A stretch of DNA of 64,000 bases from Botryllus schlosseri (lineage: Eukaryota). Both the position numbers and the translations under genes were made by a program. The stretch spans positions 5,394,001 to 5,458,000 of the forward strand of contig CM119378.1 in NCBI GenBank assembly GCA_051294905.1, in the 5' to 3' direction. Below the pieces are notes generated by a model. That model saw nothing but the letters and a program-made list of their open reading frames with translations. It had not been told where the DNA came from and did no database searches. This document shows positions 53,722-63,797 of this stretch, piece after piece; position 1 is the stretch's first letter; every line of letters starts with the position of its first letter.

Positions 53722-56700
53722 GTAAGTAACTATTCCATGAAGCACTTCGGCGGCTTCTCAATCTCTGTCGGATCACAGTTGTCTGATCGCGAGTTCTATC
53801 TCTACAGAGCATCGGAATGGGTGTAGACACTACTGCGACACGGGGAGGCACACTCTCTCAGCCCTGTATTTCTGTGAGGAACGTCGGCGCCACGCAGATC
53901 TTCCCTCATCTTTTTCTCGGCTCGCAAAAAGATGTTGTCGATGAGGTAAAGACATTGGCCACTCCGTATCTTTGTCGCGAAGCGACAAAAAAGGACTCGA
54001 GCCTGCCTAATTTGGAAGCTTACAGGGGATGTGAAATAGGTTGCTCACTCAGGGCTGTGTTGTTACTCGGGGCTGTGTTGTTATGTATTGCGTTTTGAAT
54101 CGAGGGAATAGGGTATTTGTGATACGGAAAATGATGTAAAGTGAAGTCTCGGTGCGAGTCATGATCACAGCCGTTTCGTAATATCCCGAGGCGCCTGAGA
54201 CGCGTGACGTATCGCTCTATGCTTGTCAGAGCCGTGCGTCGCCTTTTTCGCTTGCCGACGATGAATAATATAACGGAAAAATACTCATAACCGCGCGTGC
54301 TAGGCTCTAATATCGATTCGAATGTTCTTATGTTAGCGCTAGTCTGGTATCTGGTGAACAATACTCGAAATAACGGGTTGCTTTTAAGGAAACTCATGAA
54401 TTGATGCTTTCATAATACAGAATATGCCAGCGCAACCACTGATGGATTTGTATGCAGTTGTGTTTGCGGAATATACATAATATACTTCAATATTGGTACT
54501 GGTAATTTTACCATCACAGACCTGACACTGCCGTTTTACATCCATTGATCACCCGGACGAATTACGTCACCACTGTATTGCTGATCGATAGGCTCACGCT
54601 CTCGGCTTGACACGAAGTCTGTGATCACTTACGCGCGCAAAAAGCCGTGTTCGAGCCGTTGAAATCGCGTTCGTGTGCCGCGGGGAACACCGCGGCTTCT
54701 CGAACGGTCTAGTTTCTGCCTTGACGTTATGAGGTTTTGCGTTCGTATATGTCATGCGGCGAAAAGCTATATCTGTGCTGTCTTTTATAGAACATGATGC
54801 GGTCAAACGGCATCACGTACGTTCTCAACGTAAGCAGGACATGCACCAAACCTGGGTTCATTCAAGACAGCCATTTTCATCGCATTTCGGTACACGACAA
54901 CTATCAAGAAAACATGACGCCGCACATAAGAGAAGCTATCGAATTCATAGGTGAGTTCGCGCGATGATAATTCCAGTTTTGATCCCGTCGGCTAACCATT
55001 TGTTGTTGCTCTTTTGTAGAAAAAGTGCGAAAATCGAATCAAAGAGTCATCGTACACTGTCTGGCTGGAGTATCAAGATCCGCCACTGTCGCAATTGCGT
55101 ACGTTTTACATTACCTGCGGATAAGCTTCGACGAGGCTTACAGGTAAAATCAAGTTATGTGTATTACTGTACTGCATTACTGTTGAATGTTGATATACAG
55201 TTCTTTTGGGTTCTTTACTAGTTGCTGACGATTGTAGATTCCCTGTGGAATGTCAGCCGACAATATTCGCGTTTATTTCAAGATACATATGAATTACTGC
55301 AGCGTGTGTAAACTAGAATACGTTTCTTGATGCGCACTAATGCATTCGAACAGATTCAAAAGTAAAAGCGGTGTAACAGAGTATGACGTAACAGAATTAC
55401 AGACCTTGAGATTCGCAGATAACTCTCGTTATGAGGCACCCGAAAAGTTTAACACGAAAATGTAACATACAATAGCTGTTCTGATCAAATCGATTTTCAA
55501 TTTGGTAATACAATTGTTGTATAGAGTTGTTCGTTGCGATTCTTTACTATTTGATGACGATTACCCCTGGCGAGTGTTAGCCGAAAATATTTAGGTTTAT
55601 TTCAATGTGAATATATTATTCAATTGTATGTTGAAATTCTGTACCTCCAAGTTCCTCTTCAGATTTTCGAGTTATGTACCACAAACTAGCCATTTTGGTG
55701 TACTTTGAAGTCAACTTCGTAAGCTAGCAATCGTGTTCCGTAGGCTGTTCGCGTTAAACGCGCGAAAATGCCCTGTGGCACTGGCAACGGTTTCCGCGAC
55801 AGACTTTATCCAGTCGCGTTCGTGCGAGACCGATTTTCGACCGCGGCTCGTCTCAAAACTTCTAATGCCATTCACGGCGCGCGTAAACATTTAGAAAACG
55901 CACCGCATTCATTGTCAATCGAAAATACCGATTTTGTCAACATTACGTTTTTTTCGCGCAGATTTGTGAAAGAGAAACGTCCGTCGATATCGCCCAACTT
56001 CAACTTCCTCGGGCAGCTGATGGATTTCGAGAACTCTCTCATAAAATCGGGCTACCTGACGAACAAGACAACGGGGTCGCTGTCCGACAGCGACCCGGAG
56101 AATGACTTTCCCACGTTCACTTGTCCTGCCGCGGTCGAGTCTACAGCGACCACGATCAAGGTCGGAACCACCCCCACGCGTCGAGCGTCTCTAAAACTCA
56201 ATTTCTTCCAATCGAAGAGCGAAACGCCAGCTTTAATCATGCCGGTGACTTGTTCATTCAAATCAACCAGCCGACAGTCGAACCCGCACCAGTCCAGCAC
56301 TATGCGGACATCCCCCACTTCGCTGTGTAAGAGGAGAAACGGACCCACTTTCACAAAAGGAGCTTTTCACAATGGCGTCTCTTCCGAATGCGCGAGCCCT
56401 TTGCCTAAATTCGCGGACGCGAACACTCCGTTTCGCAAAGCCACGCTCGCGTTGGACGTTAACGCCCCGTGTAGACAGGGCGACGCGAGTCGCCGATTAG
56501 GAAGCGATGGATTCGAGAAATACGAGTCTATGGCTTGCGACTCGAGCGATATGGAGTATACAACGTCCTTTTCACCGTTGCAAAAACAATTGTCTGTAGT
56601 CGCCAGTGAGGATATGTCTATGGATTGCTCGGAGACGATTACGAAACCACGCACTGCGCCAAGCACGCCTGTGATAGGAAGGAGCAAAAGTGAGAAAAAC

Positions 56701-57708
56701 CCGCCTTGGAGGCAAGGACAGTTGGCGCCGCCTAAGCCGTTACCGCGACACAGACGGTCTGCCAGCGGTGGAGGTCTGCCTGCTGATCTTGTGCAGTCCG
56801 CATGCATGAAGCGGCGATTCGAATCAGGCGCCGAACCCTCCGTAGACACCGCGCAGACGGAGCGTCCGTACTCGTCGCCTGTATCGTTGGGGTCGAGTCT
56901 GGGATCGTACTACAATCATTCGGAGCCGTCCGCACGTTCTCCGCATAAGTTCGTGTCCGTGAACGCGCGCAGCCCGAAAGTGCTACGCAAGTCGTTTCAG
57001 CTCAACGTACGGCCCGTGTACGGTCAAGCGAAAGGAGTGCTTAAATCAGAAGAAGCCGCGGCTCCAGTCAGCGTGTTGGAAATAGACGGACAACCGCCGG
57101 TTTTTGATTGTACGCACACGATGCCAGAGTATAAATCAGGGTTGAAGCTAACGGTACCGAATTTCGCGAAAGACGCAGCGTCTGCGCAACTAGACAACCA
57201 CGCCACGCTTGTCAGCGGGCTGACTATCTCGTCGCCTAACGCGGACGGGACGATGCGTTTCCCTAAAACGTGTCCCGTCATGTCCGCTAGCGACCAGCCG
57301 CGTTTCGCGTGTAAAGTACCTTTCTCGTGTTCTCCAAAGACGAAACACCGGCTAGACTCTAAGAGTGGCCAGGGAAACGTGCTAGCTAGTCCGGAAGGTT
57401 TAAAACTGAAGTGGAGGTGCAATTTGAACAGACGCAGGCAAAGCGTCGATTCCGGGTACGCGTCCTCGCACGCGTTTTCGCACGCGTCGTCACAAGCGTC
57501 GTCTTCATTCACATCGCCTACGTCGCAACAGGCCGCGTTCGCGGGATCTCCGGACGATACAGAGGCTCACACGCCGTCGCCTAGCACTTGTCACGCGGAG
57601 GGCGCCATGTTCGCTCCGGACGACGTGTCCGGATCCGGTAGCGACAGCGACTCGCACAAGTCTAACGTGCGTCAACGGAACGCGTTGGAATTGATCAGCT
57701 GTTCGTGA
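53489..57708 (+). CDS. DUSP8/16: Dual-specificity MAP kinase phosphatase, DUSP8/DUSP16 (MKP-7/Puckered-like) family; multi-exon, 5' end uncertain
   Basis: Five phase-consistent exons splice to ...TLSQPCISVRNVGATQIFPHLFLGSQKDVVDE|NMMRSNGITYVLNVSRTCTKPGFIQDSHFHRISVHDNYQENMTPHIREAIEFI|EKVRKSNQRVIVHCLAGVSRSATVAIAYVLHYLRISFDEAYR|FVKEKRPSISPNFNFLGQLMDFE. This matches the DUSP8/16 catalytic domain as I recall it, including the SQPC linker and the intron positions. Confidence 0.93.
53808..53945 (+). CDS. DUSP8/16: DUSP exon: SQPC linker and start of catalytic domain
   Basis: tctctacAG|AGC...GAT GAG|GTaaag; encodes SIGMGVDTTATRGGTLSQPCISVRNVGATQIFPHLFLGSQKDVVDE. Confidence 0.9.
54791..54950 (+). CDS. 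DUSP8/16: DUSP exon containing the general-acid Asp loop (RISVHD)
   Basis: tcttttatAG|AAC ATG...TTC ATA G|GTgagt; not in the ORF track in this frame. Confidence 0.92.
55020..55143 (+). CDS. DUSP8/16: DUSP exon with active site HCLAGVSRS
   Basis: cttttgtAG|AA AAA GTG...GCT TAC AG|GTaaaa; CX5R phosphatase signature intact. Confidence 0.95.
55185..55662 (+). repeat. Two repeat family A copies (~55185-55295, ~55501-55662) in the last DUSP intron
   Basis: Both match the consensus core in + orientation. Confidence 0.8.
55962..57708 (+). CDS. DUSP8/16: DUSP terminal exon: end of catalytic domain plus long Ser/Pro/Thr-rich tail
   Basis: tttcgcgcAG|A TTT GTG AAA GAG AAA CGT; lies in the 646-aa ORF 55768-57708, whose first ~65 codons are intronic; visibly more GC-rich than flanks; stop TGA at 57706-57708. 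Confidence 0.93.
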
Positions 57709-58334
57709 TTGAGCGTGTCTGTGGTTGTGTGTGTGTCGGTCTGTATTGTGCAGTCGATGTATCTTGTGATCTGGTATGCAAAGTTTCGTTTTTCGGTGCT
57801 TTTTTCGTGTATTAGTTGTGACTCAACGCGTAGCATCAGTCTGACGGTTCCGTCTCGCGCGGACATACCTCATATACTTTGACTGGCGTGGGGCGCGCGG
57901 CCGTTTTGATCGTTTGCGAGCTGGTTTCGCACGATTTAAAACGGTCTCCGCCCGGCGCGTACCAAGTGCAATCATAATTGTATACGAATTCTTGTTTTCT
58001 ACCGCGTTCCGGGCTCGGATTTTCATTCGATTCATATCTCTGCATATCAGCGACTTGAGCGCAGGGTTACCTTTAGAAGCGCTTCTCGCGACGTTTTTCA
58101 TGGTACTTCCCGAAAACGGATCAAAACTCGATGTTTGATGTTGTTAAAACAAGGATATATTTTTGAAATTCTTTCTTTAAATTGATATCTGCTACCGGTT
58201 TTTCTTTGTTTCGAATATTTCGTTTGCCGTCGCCGCGTTTCGCGACGTATTTTCATATTTCCTATACCACAGCAAATACAGATTCGTTTTGTTGCACGAA
58301 TACGGTTGCGTGTCGAGATTTAGACGCAGGAACA

Positions 58335-58633
58335 GAGGTTTTCAATTTTGATTAGAATTCGCAAAAACTTGGAGGAAACTAGTATGGAATTTCGAATTAC
58401 AAAGAACTGCAACAAAAATCCAGCTCGATTCATATTAAGTCTGGCAGTTATTTCTCATAAGCACGAGATTGCCAAAGTCAGTACGCTTAGTTTGACCCAT
58501 TTATCTCTACACAAGTCTCATGTAGCATTTTCAGGTAAACCAGAAATAAAATTGGAGCATAGATACATTTCACTATCGGCGTTTAGTGTTAATTCAATAA
58601 GACATCTACAATTATCTAGTTTTCCAAGTCCTG
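58335..58633 (+). mobile_element. MITE family B, right part, downstream of the DUSP stop
   Basis: tctcataagcacgag, gagcatagatacatttcac, ctagttttccaagtcctg. Confidence 0.7.
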
Positions 58634-58699
58634 TGAGAGTGTGCCTGTGCACAGTGTGTACAGGTCGTGATAAGATGCTACTGAATTGGGCATGGTTAG

Positions 58700-59718
58700 T
58701 AGGGCTGGGCCCAATTATTCGAGTATTAATTTTAATGATTCGAGTCGAGTAGTAAAAGACGATTTTTTCGAGTACTGAAATTATACGCTCCTCACCACTG
58801 AAAGTTGATATATCAACGAGGAGTTTATCAACGATCAACGAGTTTATTCTAATTACACAGTTGAAGCCTTGAAACCTTGATTGGTCGTATCGTAGCTATG
58901 GCTGGGCACAATTATTCGAGTACTCGAATCTGAATCGAGTATTAATTTTAATGATTCGAGTCGAGTAGTAAAACACGATTTTTCCGAGTACTGAAATTAT
59001 ACGCTCCTCGCCAGGGAAACTTAATTTATCAACGAGATTAATAGTTTCGATACTAATTTTCTCTGTTGAAGCTTTGACACTTTGATTGGCGGTATGGTAG
59101 CATAGAAAACATATAGTACAAAGCTCCCAACGTTACTGGATATAGCACATTTCCGTAGTCATGACCATCTCACAACATTGTCACCAAGTGCAATGAAATC
59201 AGTATGGTCGAAAAAATACCAATATATCTTCAATGTGATGAATAGCATGCATTATGTTCTTTGCGGTGGCATAAAAGGTACATATTTGAACCATGACATG
59301 TTACATCTTGTTATGACGTCATAATGTGGGATATTCGATTACTCGACTCGAAGCATAACACGTGATTCAGAATCGAATCACTCAGGTACTCGAATTTGCC
59401 CAGCCCTAATCGTAGCATACGAAACATGTAGTACAAAGCTACGAACGTTGCCGGAAGAAGTCAAGATCATCCCACAATATTGTCACCAAGTGCAATGAAA
59501 TCGGAATGGTCGAAAAAAATAACACAAAGTATCCTTAATATGATTGATAACAGGCATTATATTCTTTGTGGTCGCTTAAAAGGTACATATTTGAACTGTG
59601 ATAAATAATATTCTGCTATGACGTCATAATGAGTGATACTCGGTTACTCGACTCGACTCGAAGCATTTTACGTCATTCAGAATCGAATCACTCAGGTACT
59701 CGATTTTGCCCAGCCCTA
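58700..59718. mobile_element. hAT-type MITE (TAGGGCTGGGC TIR) with a same-family copy nested at 58897-59408
   Basis: Outer TSD ATGGTTAG (58692-58699, 59719-59726); inner TSD ATCGTAGC (58889-58896, 59409-59416); TCGAGT/ACTCGA subterminal repeats. Confidence 0.9.
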
Positions 59719-59784
59719 ATGGTTAGTTTAGTTACTGGTTGGGACCAAGAGATGAATTCAAATGAGAACTTGGTAGATTCTGGT

Positions 59785-60535
59785 GGTGCTGATAAATTCG
59801 GTCCGTACATTTGTGATGTCTGCTGGCATACTGGGTTTTTACATATAGTCGCCGGCTCGCCGCCCAGTTGAGTGAATCAGTAAGAAAAGATAGATTTACT
59901 AGATATAATCACAAATCAGTATCATTTAGAAAAAAAACGTTCGATATTATACAGAGAAAATGATAATGCCAATAATGAACATATGAAACGAGTGCAGTAG
60001 ATGATCCGGATAAAACTGGAATGTAATCTGTGCGTTATCTAGTGTAGGTCGCGGAATTTGGACTAATAATAATGTCGAGAGTTTCGTTTGGGAATCGCAA
60101 CCAGTAGTACCGTGTATCCAATACAATTAACTGCTGCGGGCAGGGTTATATAGTTTCTGGCTGGGACTATAAGAGAGAATCAAATGATAAGTTAGCTGTA
60201 GTGGAGATTAATTCGGTCCGTACGTTTGTGAAATTGTCACAATGGTTGTAAATAAATCTCCACGCAGTTAGTGATTCAGTGAAAAAAGATAAATGTACTG
60301 CTGGATCTATAATAACCAATCAGTACCATTTAGAGGAGAATGTCCGGAATTATATGGAGAAAGTGATAATAACAGTAATGTACATAGGAAACGAGTCCAG
60401 TAGATGATCAGGATTAAATTATAATGTAATCTATGTTTTACTGTGTAGCTCACGGAATTTGGACGAATAATAATGTGGAGAGTTTCGCTTGGGAGTCGTA
60501 GCCAGTGGTACGATTTACCCGATACAATTAACGGT
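59785..60535. repeat. Diverged tandem duplication, period ~417 bp, 2 copies
   Basis: aattcggtccgtac, gaaacgagt.cagtagatgatc, ggaatttggac.aataataatgt.gagagtttcg recur at this spacing. Confidence 0.8.
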
Positions 60536-60614
60536 TTTCCTTCGAAAACGACTGTGTTCCGGGGATCCATATTGATATCTATCGCCCTCCGCTGTTGAAC
60601 CACTCTCACACCGC

Positions 60615-60922
60615 CAATCAAGGATAATCCGAGAATTATCAACGAAAAATTCAAATAACTCCGCTTGTACTAGTTGCAATTGAGTCAAATTTGTTTTGCA
60701 TCGTCTCTGAAGATAGCTCAGCAATTTCACGGGGTTGACAGAAAAATTTAGAATTTTTTTTTCAATTTTTCCTTATAAATTAAAAATTTTAATTGGATCT
60801 GCGGAGCCTTGTACTTGTTAGAATTGAACCAAATTTGGTGTGCAGCGTTTTTTAGGGTAACCTGACAATTTAATGACTGAATGGCTGTTATCCAAAAAAA
60901 TGAAGTTATTTAGTTATTTTTG
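60615..60922 (+). mobile_element. Solo right arm of the 13304-13920 fold-back element
   Basis: High similarity to 13612-13910 from ccaatcaaggataat to gttatttttg; terminal GAACAGCCCTA missing. Confidence 0.85.
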
Positions 60923-61214
60923 CGCTACTGTGCATACGAAAGGTTGCCGACCCCTGACGTACATGATTAGTACAAGCGATAGCATAAAGTAAGAGATTCA
61001 ATCACATGCTTCACTCCGATTCAAGAGCTATTCCCCACGCTCTTTCAAATTAGTCTTGAGTGTTTCTATGTTACATTTACTAGTTGTGCGCTCGTCATTG
61101 AAAGTGTTCTTGGCAGAGTGTAATTCCGAAAGTGTCCCCTCTGAGATCTGTTCAATTAGTCACTGGTATGAGTGTACGACACGAATGAATACATAAGGGA
61201 GAATCTATACTGTT

Positions 61215-63724
61215 ATGTCAAAGCTATCGCTAGTAAGCTGCATCTGGTCGGAAACTGATGCCAAAGGCAGCATTCCGTGTGGAAGGTGAGGAAGAATGTA
61301 TTATCACAATTCAACCTCCGTATTTTGGTATTGAAATTATTTTTAATGATTCCGCGCGATTGTCAGTTACTCCATAGATAACATTGATGTTTGGGCCCCT
61401 CCTCGTGGTATATCTGCTCCCTCGGGAGTCGTATAGCGTTAGTAAGGGTTTCTTGTCATCTCCTTTCTGTTTTCTGTATTGCTCTTTTCAGTTTTGCCAC
61501 CCGTTTTTTTTCAGGAAATCTCTTTTCGAATAATTTCTATTATTTTCTCGAGTTTTTCCTTTCCCTGAGGTATTCTCCTCAGTCTGAGCCTCTGTTTTAT
61601 CGATTGGTTTATCCAATTTTGTCCCGTTTTTTTGACGTTCAAATTTCGTTTTGTTCCTTGCCATCCATACGGCCTGCTTGTATGTAGTGATCACAATCGC
61701 TAGGGCTGCCTCTTGATCTTCGTCGAGTGCTCCTCTTGGATTCATTTGGATGATGGTTTGCAGGTTTCGTGTGTCGATGTCTTTCCCTGTTGCCTTGTTC
61801 CATGCTCTTGTAACCCTCTCCAGTGGGACTATCGCTTCCTCACATTTCGTGAGAAGGTGCACCGTTGTCTCTCTGTATTTTCGACAGAGCTCACATTTCC
61901 TGGTGTCAGTGATAGCTCTCGCGTGTAGGCTCTCGTTTGTGTATAGCAGTTCGAAGGCAACCGACCAGTTCATGTCTCTCTGGTCTGGGGTTAGAATTCG
62001 GTGTTGTATATTCCCCCAGTTGGGGCCTTGCATCTCGGTAATTTCTCTCGATCCTTTCAGAGCTATGGCCTCATCGTATATCTTGGCTTGGTGTTCCCTT
62101 TTAATTGTATGTGTTCCTTCTTGTATCCTATTTCTTTCATTGTCTCGTTCATTTCCCACCAGTGTTGTCTCGGTTGCCATGTGTGTAGCCTTCTGTTGTT
62201 AATTGGGTATTCTCTGAGCCTTTTGAGCGTGAAGGCGGGTTGGTGGTCCAATCTCGCCTCCCAGTCTCCTGTGATTTCGTTCGGCTTTAACCTGAGGTAA
62301 TTTATCCCGGGTTTCAGTTACTCCATAGATAGAGGGTTGAATTTATTTGACTTGAATGCTCCTTATATAGGCTGCATGCCTGCTAGTTTCAACCCTATAC
62401 GATATTATTCTACTTTTATTACCAAAGAAGCGGGCACTCAATCGCGGTTTACAGAGATGAAGTCATCATGTTCGGAGGATCAAGTTATGAGGAGGCAGAT
62501 GTAAGGTTGAACTTCCCCGTGAATAGAGCAGAGATAACTCATATCTTTACAGACTGGATTAGTAATCCGTTACTTAAACGACATGCACCGCTTATCAAGT
62601 AAGAATGATTGCTAGAACTGATCATTCCTGATCTAGTACCAATCTCTGGTATTTTAGTAGGTGAGAGCATCGAATGGCGCGTAGTAACACAGCGAGACGA
62701 TATTCCTCCTCCACGTGACTCACACAGCTTCAGGTAGGCGCCACTGTATTCCATTGGCGTTTCGCGCATTTGTAGTGTTCAACACTGATTCAATCCGATT
62801 TCCAGTGTCATCGAAGAAAGATTTTATGTGCTTGGGGGTAAGAATAGTCCATCAGCCGACGAGGGTTTGGAAGGAGTGTTCGAATTCGATCCAAGTACGA
62901 AATAACGATATCTCCAATCATGCCATATTTCTTGCATCATTTCAGCTAGCTTACATAGCTTACTTGCAGTGTTGACTGTGTGAAAGAGCCTCAGGAAACT
63001 TTTCAAATATCACATCGTATTCATTGATATATTGTATTTTATATAGTACATAATTAATTAATTAATTAATTATTAGCCTACGTAGTGTTGCCTATTTTGA
63101 CGCGGTAATTCATTTGGCACAATTGCCCTCGACCTCGTGTATGTTTTCTTTTGACTAAGCTTATACGCAATGCATCAACTGTAGCGTATATCCCAGTAAA
63201 CTCTGGAATGACCGTAATTACAATGTGTTTTTAACACAGCCAAGACGGCTCACATCCCCACTTGCTCAATGTAAAAAGGCTGAGAACAAGAACTATTTCT
63301 CCGTGACTGGGTGGTTCCAATAGAATAGCGAATAAACCAGGACCCGTGACTATGATTATTACCAGGCTCGGGAAGATGGTCGAGACACGTTTCATCTGGA
63401 CGCCAGCCGCTCACTGTAGGACATTCCACTAGCTCTGTCGACAAAAGAATATATATATTTGGAGGTTTACAGAGCGGCACGGCTACCAACCAGCTTACAT
63501 TATATGATACCGGTAACTGTTTAACTGGTGGGCTAATATACAAACACTTTAAATCCGATACACACTTTCAGAACTAAAATGTTGGCATACAGTGAATGGC
63601 GAAGGCCCGTATCCTGAATGTCGTTGCGACCACTCAAGCGAACTACTGAATGGGACGATTTACATATTCGGTGGAACGTCCAACGCCAACAACTGGTTGA
63701 ACGATCTACACACATTCCGCATCG
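61215..63724 (+). CDS. Kelch-repeat beta-propeller protein (RABEPK/KLHDC-like); exons 61215-61285, 62428-62500, 62553-62598, 62661-62733, 62806-62894, 63366-63512, 63572-63724; continues beyond the window
   Basis: Seven phase-consistent GT-AG exons give MSKLSLVSCIWSETDAKGSIPCGRSGHSIAVYRDEVIMFGGSSYEEADTGLVIRYLNDMHRLSSESIEWRVVTQRDDIPPPRDSHSFSVIEERFYVLGGKNSPSADEGLEGVFEFDPSSGRWSRHVSSGRQPLTVGHSTSSVDKRIYIFGGLQSGTATNQLTLYDTELKCWHTVNGEGPYPECRCDHSSELLNGTIYIFGGTSNANNWLNDLHTFRI. This contains four kelch repeats (W...P..R..H....FGG). There is an in-frame TAA upstream of the ATG. Confidence 0.88.
61381..62313 (-). mobile_element. 5'-truncated non-LTR retrotransposon (L1/Tx1-type ORF2 C-terminus with zf-RVT-like CCHC knuckle) in intron 1 of the kelch gene
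   Basis: KCELCRKYRETTVHLLTKC and WMARNK motifs; frame open across the fragment except for a frameshift near 62085. Flanked by exact 18-bp direct repeat TCAGTTACTCCATAGATA (61363-61380, 62314-62331). Confidence 0.88.
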
Positions 63725-63797
63725 GTAGGTTTACTATATACTTGACGGCAATTGGCAAATCCTCAGTGTACATCAAATGTGAGTCCTTACAGTAGGC

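Noticed and set aside
1573-55662. Family A hairpin repeat or the 16-bp tandem at 11651 as a CRISPR array
   Set aside because: Copies are dispersed, in both orientations and diverged, with no regular spacers and no cas genes; the DNA is eukaryotic.
55768-55961. N-terminal 65 codons of the 646-aa ORF
   Set aside because: They lie upstream of a clear acceptor at 55961. DUSP homology begins exactly at the junction, so this is intronic read-through.
56052-57512. Minus-strand ORFs of 100-162 aa over the DUSP last exon
   Set aside because: Antisense shadows of a GC-rich coding exon; no recognisable domain.
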